Shown here piece after piece: positions 45,229 through 57,033 of a DNA stretch of 64,000 bases (position 1 is its first letter; each line of letters opens with the position of its first letter). This DNA comes from Monocercomonoides exilis PA203 (taxonomy: Eukaryota; Protista; Preaxostyla): assembly GCA_001643675.2 (NCBI GenBank), contig LSRY02000023.1:124001-188000 (forward strand), given 5' to 3'. A program made the position numbers and the translations under genes. Below the pieces are notes generated by a model that worked only from the letters and a program-made list of their open reading frames with translations, searched no databases and was not told where the DNA came from.

Positions 45229-46047
45229 TTACTTTGAAGTTGAAAATCTAAAATAAAGAGCAGGGACTCGTCGTTGATATAATTCATATTCTGGATATTT
45301 TCCCTTCGTAATCTTTTCTGTAAACCATGTCGACCCAACGAATAAAGAAGACAACAGAAACGGTCCAATAATTGTCCAATTAAAAATGTTCTTTGAAGCT
45401 GATACAGAAAATAAATAGAGAATCCACCACTGCATCTGTTCAAAAACAAAGTTTGGATGACGGCAATATCTGAATAATCCTGTTTCGCAAAATTGTGCCC
45501 GTGGTGTGCGACCATTCAAAAGTTCTTTTTGTTTCTTTTGATGAAAATTCCATTGTTGTTGATCCGCTATAAATTCTCCAAACAGTGAAAATGCAAATAA
45601 TGAAGCCAAAATGTAATCAATTTTGTGCAACGGCAATTTGCTATCTGAAATTATTTGCATTGGAAATGTAATCGAACATATCAAATAACTCTGATAAATG
45701 CAAATAAATAGAACATGGAAAAACTGCCACAGCAAAGGATGCATTTTCTTCCTGAGAATTGCCCAACGATAATCTTCTCCTCCCTTTTGATATCCACCTT
45801 TACGCGCAAAGTTAAACGTGAGACGGATGCCCCACAATGCTATCAATAAAGTGCACAAATTTGTTCGCGGATCTGCAAAATGTTTTCCAATTGCATAAAT
45901 TAAACAGTATATGACAGGAGAAATTGACCATGATCTATCAATCCACGAATAATTATTGGTAATTAAATCCAATGTAAAGGCTGCAACAGATGTTGCACTC
46001 GCTAATTTCAATGTAGTTCTTAAGGAGGCACCGATTTGAATAAGCAT
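45229..46047 (-). CDS. DUF1295-family (steroid 5-alpha-reductase-like) integral membrane protein, intronless
   Basis: NYSWIDRSWSI, WGIRLTFNFARKGGY..EDYRW, EFIADQQQWNF, GLFRYCRHPNF..EQ..WW, STWFTE.IT..KYPEY..YQ; start placed at MLIQ (46047), though the ORF extends upstream to 46140. Confidence 0.88.
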   Translation of the reverse strand: MLIQIGASLRTTLKLASATSVAAFTLDLITNNYSWIDRSWSISPVIYCLIYAIGKHFADPRTNLCTLLIALWGIRLTFNFARKGGYQKGGEDYRWAILRKKMHPLLWQFFHVLFICIYQSYLICSITFPMQIISDSKLPLHKIDYILASLFAFSLFGEFIADQQQWNFHQKKQKELLNGRTPRAQFCETGLFRYCRHPNFVFEQMQWWILYLFSVSASKNIFNWTIIGPFLLSSLFVGSTWFTEKITKGKYPEYELYQRRVPALYFRFSTSK

Positions 46048-46237
46048 ATTATCAAAAACTTTAATCTTGGTAAAATTGATCAAAAAATAATGAATAAACA
46101 TGTTTTCTATCGAAAATGAACAATAGTGAACGTTCCACATTTTTCTTGATCAACCTATAATTGTTCCAATTTTTATTTGTCCAAAATAACAAGTGGAACG
46201 TTTTTTAATCTTTTTCATTTATGTCGACCCTTTATAA

Positions 46238-49200
46238 TGGAATTATGTTCTTCTTTTTATCCTCTTTTTGTGTCAATAGATGAGTTCCTTTTAATAATTA
46301 TGAGGTGCCGCTTGCTAACAGGAAAGGACTTGTTGAATCCTTTGGTACAGAAAATTTTGTTGCCTTTTAGAGATGCTGAAACATATTTACAAACAAAATC
46401 GAAACTTGATGTGCAATATATTTTATCAGACAAAATCTTATACGTCCATCCTTTTGCTCAACTTTCATATTTGCGTGAAATGTTCACAAGATTGGTGTTT
46501 CGACTTGTTCTTTCCTGGAAAGTTTCAGACAATAAATCATTACCATTTTATCGATTGGTTGAGTTGATGGCAACTTTAATCTCGTGCACTTTGCCTAACT
46601 CCAAAAAGATAAATGATTCAGTGGATTTTCAGAATTCAACAAACTATTGCAAACAATTTCCAATTATTTCGCCATTACTCCTAAATCCTGTTCTTCGTGG
46701 AGTCCCTTTGCTTTCTTCCGTGCATTCACGTATTTTGTTGTTTATATATTCCCTTGCTATTACTAAAGCTGCACATAGAAATTGCAGTGAGCTCATTTCC
46801 TATGTGTCTTTAACGGAAGAGAAGCCACTTCAGACATGCGAGCCATATAGCGATCTGTTTCACTCTTCACTTCTATTTTACTCTCAAATTCATCCCTTCT
46901 TATTTTCAGTTGTGCAAAATACAACTTGTTATATTCCACATTCGGATGAGTTGCGACATCTTTTTATAGTATTCGAAAGTCTTCTTCTGAGTGTAAAGCC
47001 GGAAGTACTGCAGACAGCTGCACACACTTCACTGGCTTCTTCTGCTTCTTCTCTTCGCTCTCCTCTTTCTCTGCGTGCAGACACAAAATCTGGCCCTTTT
47101 GCATCAGCGCTCCTGCAAAAGCAGATCAGCAAGCTGCAGGCGATGCTGCAAACGCATCAGGAGAACAAGAAAGAGAGAGAGCTGAAGGCGATGACAATAC
47201 GCAGCTACAGCAACACAGAAGCCATGACCGAGCTGATGAACTCTCTGAAGCCCCGCGATCGCAGCCTGTTTCGCAGAAAAGAAGACTTTGCCTCGCTTTC
47301 GAAGCAGATTGATGTTCTATCACTGTTTTGTGACGGCAAAGGGGGAAATGACTCGACTGATGATGAAAAAGTCTCAACTTCCTCTCTTCATACAGAAGGA
47401 TTGCATCATCAATCACCTGTTCATTTGCCTCCAGCTGCATTTGACATGAAAGCTGACGATCTTCTTGACTCAGATCTGCTGCATTCGACATCCTCTGGCA
47501 TTTCAAATGGTTCTGATGGTACTTCTAATCTACCGTTCTTATCAACATCGCCATCCTCTTCTTCTTCCTCTTCTTCTCTATCTTCCTCTTTCTCAGCATC
47601 ATCGCTTCATTCTTCTGCCATTCTTCCTTCTCTTCATCTGTCTAACTCGTCTTTTCTGTTGCCTTCATCATCTTTCACATCTGATGAATATTTCATTCAA
47701 ACAGAAGATGTTACTCCACAAGTGTTTTCATCAAAGAGCAGACAAGAAGATGAAGAATACCTCTCTTTTGAGCAGTTTTGTGCACAACGCGAAAAAATCT
47801 CTTCTTCCTCCTCCTCCTCTTCTTCTTCTTCTTCTTCTTCTTCTTCTTCTTCTTCTTTTGAGATTTCTATGCAAAAAGACACTTCACATTCTGTTTCTGT
47901 CAAATCTACTTTTTCACCAGAAAACAATGTTTTTTCGAACAATCACTTCTCAAAGCCAACCAAACGAACAGCTCATTCAGAAATAAATGATTCAATTGAT
48001 GAAAAGGAAGAAAGTGCACAAAAAGGAAAGAAATCTATTAAATCTTCATCAGTTTTAGCTTCTTCATCTCAATCGTCTTCCTCTTCTTCTTCTTCTTCTT
48101 CCTCTTCCTCTTCCTCTTCCTCTTCCTCTTTCTATCTGACAGAAGCATTGAGCCATTCATCCATCACACCATATCTCCACAGGATGTTATCTCTGCACAA
48201 ATCACAGCTTTCTCGAAAGATCTTCTCAAATGACGTGTTTGTGGCTGAAGCAATGCTCATTCCTGGTTGGATGATAGAGAAAAGGGAAGAGGAGGAAAAG
48301 AAAGAGAAGGAAGAGGAGAAAGAGGAGAAGGGGAAGAAGGGGAAGAAGCAACAGACAGAAGATTGTCACAGAAGCAGCGGCAATGAAATGAATGAGCAGC
48401 CATTTAGACAGCTAACACCATTGGCAACTGGTTCAGATAAAAACAATTCTTCTTCTTCTTCTTCTTCTTCCTCTTCCTCTTCCTCTTCTTCCTCTTCCTC
48501 CTCTTCCTCTTCCTCCTCCATTCAACCCTCTCACCCAATCAACTTCTTTGACCCCAAAAGGGATGATTTGTGTGTCTCCTCATTCATCCCCTGCCAAACC
48601 CCTCGTCTGCTCCTCACCCGAAACCCTTCTCTTTCTGAGCTGTTATCCTCAGAGCAATCAACACTCAAGCCTTTTCTTTCTCATTGGAACACCTCTGAAA
48701 TCATTCATGTTCCTCGTTTTCTGTCTCCTTTTGCTTCTCCTCTGTCGCATCTGGTTGCTCTTCTTCTTTCTTCTCTTTCTGTTTTTGATGTGCCATTGAA
48801 AAAAACAGTATCAAATTCTGATTCTTCCTCTTCCCCTTCTTCTTCTCCTTCATATTCCTCCTCCTCCTCCTCTTCTTCTTCTTCTTCTTCTTCTTCTCTT
48901 TCCCTTTCCCTTTCTCATCTTCTCCCCTCCATTCAGACACAAATCTCTCTCTTTCGCGAGCTCAAACATTTTGCTTCTTCTGATCCATCTTCTTTTCTGC
49001 TTCAGATGTCCCTGCCTTTCTGTTACATTGTTGCACTCTTAGGGAAATTGAGTATACGCAACACAACAATATCCTCTTCGTCTTCTTCTTCTCCTCATCC
49101 TTTTTCTTCTTCTTCCTCTTCTTCCTCTCTATCTTCTATTTCATCTCCCATTGAATTCATCGAATTTGGCCTGGCATTTTCGAATTGGCAGTCGCTTTTT

Positions 49201-50771
49201 CTGTCTCTTGCGCCTTTTGTGGCTGCTCCTCTTCCGCTTTCTCTATTCACTTTGGATGGGATGAACGCGATGCTTCATTCAAAACAGAAGTTGGGTGAAG
49301 AAATGATGACGAATATGATGACGATAATGATGATGCAAAGAGGGCAAAGTGTTTATGACGGTGCAGAATCAAATTCTTCTTCTGCTGCTGCTTCTTCTGC
49401 TTCTACTTTTCATTCTTCTTCTTTCTCTCCTTTCTCTTCTTCCTCCTCTTCTTTTCCTTCTCCTCTTTCTCTGTCAGATCTCCTGAACAACATCAACACC
49501 ACAGTCACATCTTCTCCTTCTCTCCTGAAAACTCCAATTTTTATGTACTTTCTTCTTCACTCGCTTGTTCCACTGACTTCAATGGACCGTCCATTCAAAA
49601 CACAAAACAGCTCAAATGAATCTCAGACAGGTGTTTGTCAGTCAGATGGGGTGAACGCTTCTTCTGATGCAACTTCTGTTAATGTTCAACAAGGAAACAT
49701 GAATAATTCTCAATCTACTTTAGAAACATCATCTTCTTCCTCCTCTCTTTCTTCTTCTTCTTCTTCTCTTTCCTCATCATCTCAATCGTATCAACCAAAC
49801 AGCAGCATTTCAGGGCACAGCATTGTCTACCACGTCACCTTCCTTTCAATGAAATGGCTGTCCATTCTCTCAGAAAACATGTCCTTTGAGCATTCACCTC
49901 GCGCATCTCACTCAAACAAGTCCCAATCAACCAGATCTGACTCTCTTCCTTCTTTCTCGTCCAATCGCGAATTCTTCTCATTTCTCTCTTCCTCACTCGA
50001 ATACACTTCATCCCCCTGGCACAACACACAGGCATCGGCACAGCTGCTCTGTTCTTTCCTCAACGGCATCTTCATCACCCACCCTTCCTTCATCTCCTCC
50101 CTCCTTTTAACACATTCTTTCTTCACTGAGTCGCTTGTCCGCTGCTGTGTGGAGAGCATCCCCACGTTTCACGTGTCTCTTTCTGCCCTGCCCTTTCTGC
50201 TGAGAGATTTGGAAGACACAAAGAGAAAGATCCTGTCTCAGCTCAATTACACTCCCAATCCCAGTTTGTCTTCAAAGGAGCAGCTGTTGAACCAGCCGTC
50301 GGTGCTGACAAATCTGATCGAATGGAAAAACTTTTCGGAAAAATTGAAGCTGTTTTTTGTGCTGCTCTCGGAACTTGTGGCAAAATACCCGATGAAATCG
50401 AAGTGTGCTAGCGAAATAAAAATTGGAAGAATCAATTTTTTTTTATGAATTTTATGAAAGAGAAATTGGATTGTTATAAAATTGTTTATCTTCTGAACGT
50501 TATCTTTTTCGTTTATTTATATTTCTTTATTATCTTATATTTCTTTTTCTCTTTTGTATTTAATTCTTTCTTTCTCTCTCTTTTTTTCTTTCTCCATCAA
50601 AGTCTGGAAATCTGCCGAAGTTCACTCGAGTTCTACAAGACCACCAGAACTGACACACCCTCCCAATATCTGAGCGATTTCGACATTTCTGACTCTCTCA
50701 AAGTGATCACTCAAGTCTTCCCTTCTGTTTTGCAGCTGCTTCCTCAGTCAATAAGCCGCTCGTTGAACTGA
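46238..50771 (+). CDS. INTS2: Divergent Integrator complex subunit 2-like protein; intron 50403-50602; start uncertain
   Basis: C-terminal LLCSFLNGIFITHP..L..F...LV..CVESIPTFHVSL..LP.LL...LFFVLLSELVAKYPMKS|NLEICR resembles the INTS2 pattern (IC..LHQM+I..P..L.HFQ.Y..LL...V..IPSMH.C...L..L..QY.+PKSL); the N-terminal part is not recognisable. Confidence 0.62.
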
Positions 50772-51182
50772 AACTGATGGTTGAATAAATTAATTAATTA
50801 ATTAATAAAAGCGAAAAGAGAAATGTTGAAGTGAATTGTTGTTTTTATTTGATTGTGTTTTTTAAGAAAAAATGAAGTGAACATTTCTGTTTTGTAATGA
50901 AAAAGAAGTTCGGATAAAATCCAAGTCATTTGCACCACCAAAAGGAAGAGATAAAAGAGTTCAAAAGATAAGTCGAAAGCCAAGAATTAAAGAATATAAC
51001 ATGAGCTCTAGCATCGGACATTGTTTGAAAAGAACTGGTAAGTGAAGAGATGAACATCAACCTTGAAACAGAACAAAACAAAATCGAACACATAAAAGCA
51101 ATATTAAAAAAATACAACGAACCACAAGCAGAAATGTGAGTAAAGATAAATAGAAAAGAAACAGAACGATTTTGTGATGTGT

Positions 51183-52358
51183 TCATTGCTCATCGTCCAT
51201 CAGCACTCCATCATCTCCGTCTCCTTCATACCCTTCTCCTCCTGCACTAAACCCTTCTTCCTGCTCCATTCCTTCCATCCCTTCCATTCCTTCCATTCCT
51301 TCCATCTCTTCATCCAGTTCTCGGCTCATGTCCTGGTCATATTCCTGTTCAACATCACCTTCTTCTCCTTGCAATCTCTCCAGCTGCTTCTGCTGCTCCA
51401 TCGCTGCAAGCATCGCTTCCTCTTCTTCCTGAATCCTCAGCTCGTTTTTGCCTCCAGACGACCCAACGGCAAACGTCCCCACATCTGTGATGCTGTTCAT
51501 CAGATCTTCTCCTTCAATATACCCCATCTCCTCATCTTCTTCGCTCCTTCCTTTTCTCTTCATTGCTGCCCTCATCTCGTTCCGTCTCTCCGCTGCTGCA
51601 GCAAGAGCTTCATAGTCTTCAGTATCAATCTCTTCTTCTTCTCCTTCAACATTGAATGGATCAGAACTCTTCAGTTTTGCGGGAGCAGAAGCAACACCTA
51701 TTGACTCGTCATAGTCCCCTTCGTCATTCTCTGAATCAGCTGTAATACGGCGTATGCTTGGTTCTTTGGATGATCGAGTTGTAACTCTCGTTCCATATTC
51801 AATTTGGCACTGTTTAGTTGCTTCCAAATCTGGATCATCTTTCTCGCAAACAGCTTCATCGGGTGATCCGATAGTTGTTTTTTGATTTTTCACTGTTTCG
51901 TTTAAGACTTCATCAAGTAGTTGTTTTAAAACTTTTGGTTCAATAAAGTCTGGAAGAAGACTGGGACTTTTGATTGGAGCATCAGGAGGGAGAAGAGTTT
52001 TAATTTGCAGTGAAATGGATAATAATATATCTTGAAGAAATGATGTGATCCCAAGTTCATCAAGATTAAGATCTGTTATCCTTTCTTCTTCTGATGCGTT
52101 AACTGGAGCAAGTTTTGATGAATTTAATGACATCCACTTAAAGTTTTCAAAATTATAAAAGAGAACAATAAATGAAAATCAATATACCGATTCTCCATCC
52201 CATGAGCCCAAAAGATAATACAGATATTCAATTGGATTTTCTGGCTGGAACTGATAGAGTCTGGAAAGAGCCGTTGTAAAAAGTTGCTCAGTTATCGTTG
52301 TTGTGAGATCCATTTCCCAACCAAACAACGGGGCATCATCAGAATGGCTATTTGTCAT
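51183..52358 (-). CDS. Acidic protein with N-terminal Dpy-30/RIIa-type dimerization-docking motif; one intron (about 52137-52187)
   Basis: Exon 1 MTNSH..EQLFTTALSRLYQFQPENPIEYLYYLL splices GT..AG in phase 0 into ORF 52133; Glu-rich tail with (EGM)n. Confidence 0.7.
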
Positions 52359-52474
52359 TTAGCTAACGGATTTCAGATTTAGTATGGTTGTTTTATTTAA
52401 TGTTATGGAAACGATTTTTGAACAATTTATTCGAAAGCTTCAGGTTATTGAAGGGAAAATATTCTTTTTAGAAC

Positions 52475-53261
52475 ATGTCTACTGTGGAAGCTCTTAAAAA
52501 AGGTTGAATTTTACAAGACCTAATCTTTGGAAGCATCAAATTTTAATTTTTGTTAAAAAAATATATTTGATTTTTTTATTTTAATTTTTGTTGATAATTA
52601 GCTCTCAATGGGCGCTTAGAGGAAAATGGTGCCTTACAAAAGTTGCGCGCACAAATCAGAGCTGAAATTTTTAAGGTAATAAATGATTCAGAAGAAAAAA
52701 AGCCTCCAACTGTAACTGCAGAACAGTTTCTTATGAATGAACTTATAAGAGGTAATTTTAAAAGACATTTTCGATTTTTAAGAATTTAGCTCAACTTCTA
52801 TAAAAATTAGATTATTTAAAATGTTCAGAATTAGATCAGACGCTTCAAGTGTTTATGCCTGAATCTGAGCAACCGGAAGGTCCAATTGATCGTTCATTTC
52901 TTCGTAGAGAGCTTGGACTTCCTGATGATTCAAGTGACAGGTGTGTTATTTGTTTTTGAAATGTTCATCCTTATGTTTTCTTTTGTTAATAATTATTAAC
53001 ATTTTTTCATTCAGGCCTGTTCTTGAATCGTTAATTGCTCTTATTCGTTCATTAAGAATTCCACTGTCAAGTCAGCCTCAACCGTCTGCATATCAGTCAT
53101 CTGCATATCCTTCAACAGCTCCGGTATTACCTTACCAAATGCAATTCCCTGCAACTCCAGACGTTCAATCTCAGCCTCTTCAGCATCTTCAAACAGCTCC
53201 AATGCTTCACTATCCTTCGACAGATCCACGCTCACAACACATAATTCAAGAAGCAAGATGA
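52475..53261 (+). CDS. FOPNL: FOR20/FOPNL (CEP20) LisH basal-body protein; 3 introns
   Basis: MSTVEALKK|AL..RLEENGALQKLRAQIRAEIFK..FLMNELIR|DYL....D.TLQVF.PES..P..IDR.FL.RELGL...|PVL..L. Confidence 0.9.
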
Positions 53262-53464
53262 AATGTGGTAGCTCTTCTTTTTTTGCCTTTTTCACATCGC
53301 ACGTCATTCCACTTCAAATTATTAAATTTTTTAACAAAAAAACAAATCATTTTTATTTGAAAGATTTGAAAAAATTATATTTTTTGGCGAATGAAAGTAA
53401 AGAAAGATAAATTTATACGCGATAGATTGTGCACAAAAAAGTTCAAATTTTCGAGGTTATTAAC

Positions 53465-54237
53465 TTACAATTCACTATCGGTGAGTTCTCCACTTTTAAC
53501 AATCTTAACATCCTTCACTGGACGATCATTTCTTCCTGTTGGATTTGTTTCAATCTTTTTCACTACATCCATTCCAGAAACAACTTCTCCAAAAACCTTC
53601 AAAAATCAATACAAATAAAATTTAATATTTTAGGAAAAAAAAACATACGACGTGCTTTCCGTCTAACCATGGAGTTGCAGCTGTGCAAATGAAAAATTGG
53701 GAACCATTTGTGTCGGGTCCTGTCAAATTGTAAAGTTAGAACATAATAAGATGGAAATTGTTGCAAATTAATTATGAATAGTTGTTGGCAAACCTGCATT
53801 AGCCATTGAAAGAGTACCTGCTCCAAAATGTTTAATCTTGAAGTTTTCGTCAGCAAAACTACGTCCATAAATGCTCTTTCCTCCTCTTCCATCTCCAGAT
53901 GTGAAATCTCCTCCTTGGATCATGAATCTTGGAATGACGCGATGGAATTTGCTTCCTTCATATCCAAATCCCTTTTCTCCTGTAGCAAGTGCTCTAAAGT
54001 TTTCGACTGTTTTTGGTACGGTTTTTCCATATAATCCAAGAACAATTCTCCCTGAAGTAAATAATGAACAAAATGAATGAACAAAAAAATACAGCAAAAT
54101 CAAAGTAATTTTTAACCTGCAGGCTTTCCTCCGATTTCAATATCAAAATAAACTTTATTAGTAACTTCGCGAAGGGCCTCTTGCTTAACGCATTGGGTCA
54201 ATCCAAAAAAGATTCCGAACAAAAACGCTTTCCACAT
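53465..54237 (-). CDS. PPIB: ER-type cyclophilin (cyclophilin B-like PPIase) with signal peptide and C-terminal -DSEL; 3 introns
   Basis: [16 protein letters not shown]|[40 protein letters not shown]|[18 protein letters not shown]|VFGEV; hydrophobic leader [13 protein letters not shown]. Confidence 0.95.
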
Positions 54238-54380
54238 ATTTGAATGTTATAATGCCTATGATCAATTTTGATCACACAAAGAAAAGAATCAGTAACAAAT
54301 AATATTTATCAAATTGCATAAGCTATTAGCTGAAGAAAATAAAAAGAGAATAATCGAAATAATTACTACCTTAATTAAAA

Positions 54381-57033
54381 ATGAGCATATTATATCAAGC
54401 TGCACCTCAAACTTCAGTCAGCCAATCTTCAGCACAACAGGCTCCCAGACTGTTGTTAAGCTTTCAAGCTGGAAAGATGATTCGTGAGGGTCGTGCGCTT
54501 AAGGCTGAGCCATCTTTACGAAAAGGGAAAATAGAGTTTATTGATGCAAATGGACTGGTAACGATGTATTGGAAACTCAGAACTGATAATAGCATTGTGG
54601 ATGAACTTGTAGTTTTACCCAATGCTACCACACTACGTACTATCCCTGGATGTGAGCCGACTTTTGCTTTTCAGATAAAAAATCCTGACATAAGTCTGTT
54701 TTATTGGATACAAGAACCAAACACAACAAAAAGCAAATTTGAGGAATTAGTATTTCAAATGAAAAATATTATAACAGAGCAAGCGCAAACTCTAACCTCG
54801 TTTACTGCACCTTCAGGTTTCTCCGTTTATGATTTTGTATTGTAACATTTTTGTGTTTTGAATTTTTGTTTTTGTTTTTGTAAGCACCACTTGGTTCGAC
54901 TTCATCAGTTGCAGTTACGTCGACCCCTCGCGCTGCTGCATCGTCTTCTTCTCAACCAACTTCCACTCCTGTTCAGTCATCTACTGGAAGGGTACAGCTT
55001 CATCCTCAAACGCAACCAAGTGCAGCTAGACCTCCTTTAACATTTGACATTGATGCAATTCGTAGAGCTGTTGCGCAGAATCAGGCAAGAGGTTCATCGG
55101 CTGCAAATAGAGACTCAAGCACTGTAATTCCAAATGAAGAGCCAACACATAACGAATCAACAGCTCAAAGAACATCTCATCATTCAACTTCTTCTTCTTC
55201 TTCTTCAGCACATCACCCATCAAGATTAGCTACCTCATCTTCTTCGTCGTCCTCTTCTTCTTCGTCGTCGTCTTCTTCCTCCTCCTCTTCCTCTTCCTCT
55301 ACCTCTTCCTCTTCTTCAACTGCGAGCGATCCATCCTCCATCACTGCCGATGATGTTTTGCCGTCGAGCGAGGAATTTGTGTTTGAGGACGAAGATATCT
55401 ACGACACCACACCAGTTGCGCACTCCGAGATCGGTATCACGTGCAACCCGTACAAGTTCTACCGCGACGTCCACAAGCTTCCCATCCACCCGTCTCGCAT
55501 GCCGCTGAAAGGGGAGCCCTGGCGAAGGAGGCTGCAGAGGCTGACGCAGGTGCCGCCGGCTGCTGCGAAGGAGAAGGCGCCGATTGGCATTCCTGTTGGC
55601 CCGCAACCGCCGTACTTTCTGAACCTGCACGAAGGCGACGACGACGGCGATGGCGATGGCGATGGGGAGCACGAGAACATGGAGCGGATTCTGCAGCAGC
55701 TGGTGATGAACAGACAGGGCGCACAGCAGGGTGAAGGAGGGAGAGGCACTGGCGGAGGCAGAGGCGGTGCGCCTGGTGGTCCAGGCAATTTGTTGAGAGG
55801 GGGAGAGCAAGGGAGAGCGGGGAATGCGGCAGACGAGACAGAAAGGCAGAGGAGAGGGAGAGAGCTGAACTATCTGGCTTCGCTGGCACCAGAGTTTGAC
55901 GTGATATTCAGGATGCATAATTTGGCAGTATGAAATGTGGATGTGAGCGTATTGGAGAGAAGAAGAGAAAGAGAGAGAAAGAGAGAAAGAGAGAAAAGGA
56001 AATGGAAGAGAAAAACGTGTTTTAGGGTATTTAATAACTTATTTATATAAGTTTATTGTTTTTCATTTTGTGTTTGTATATTCTTTTTATTTTCCTATTC
56101 AACATAATGTTTATATCAAATTCATAATTATTAATATAATAATTATTATAAATCTCCTCTAATTACAGCCCATCCTTCAGAATCCAGCTGTGCGTGCCAG
56201 GCTCCTTCAACAAGTGCCTCGGCAGTTTCGCAGTCCCGACAGATTGGACGATGTCCTTAGATCACCCCACTTCCATCATCAGGTATTGTTTTCTACTGTT
56301 TTGATTCTTTTATTATTATTATTTAATAATCTTTTGATTGTGCTTTGATTTTGATATTCCCTATTTATAAAATAAATTTCTTTTTTCATATGCATTCTTC
56401 AATTTTATCATTCATCATAATTTATTTCTGGAATGTATTTATCAATCTATTTTTTATTTTTTATTTTTTTTTTTATCATTCTATTTCTCAATCAACTTCC
56501 ATTCCCATCAGCTTGCCGAGCTCAGCCGAGCAGCGATGCAGATGGAACCAACCACCCTCTTCAATTACTTGGGCCTCCCCATCCAGCCAGTGAGGCACTC
56601 CATGTTTCCCCCAGGCACCGATGCTGACTTAGAACACCACGGCTTCTTCCTCAACTCCTTTCTGGACCATCTGAACGCATATAACACTCGAGGAAATGCT
56701 GAAAGAGCACATTCGGCTGTTCAGCCTGTATCTGCTGCTTCTTCTGCTTCTGTCTCTGGCTCTGTTTCTGCTTCAACTCCTGCACAGGATGGAGCAGTTG
56801 ATGTGAGTTCTGCTTCCACTACTGCTTCCACTTCTGCTTCTTCTCCTGTTCCTGTTGCGTCTTCCTCAACAGAATCAGCATCGCCATCATCATCTCCTTC
56901 TTCTTCTTCTTCGACTTCTTCGACTTCTTCTCCTTCTCCTTCAACGCAAATCAATATGGCAAATTATGCTTATGATGTGTCTTTGCCAAAGTCTTCAAGA
57001 AATTCTGGAAATAAAAGCAATAACGACAAATAG
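54381..57033 (+). CDS. ADRM1: Proteasome ubiquitin receptor Rpn13/ADRM1 (Pru domain, low-complexity linker, DEUBAD-like C-terminus); multi-exon
   Basis: LLSFQAGKM...KAEP..RKG.I....GLV.MYWK.R....DELVVLP...LFYWIQEP (Pru); PILQNPAVRARLL...DVLRSPHFHHQ|LAELS.A....LF..LGL (DEUBAD-like). Confidence 0.85.
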
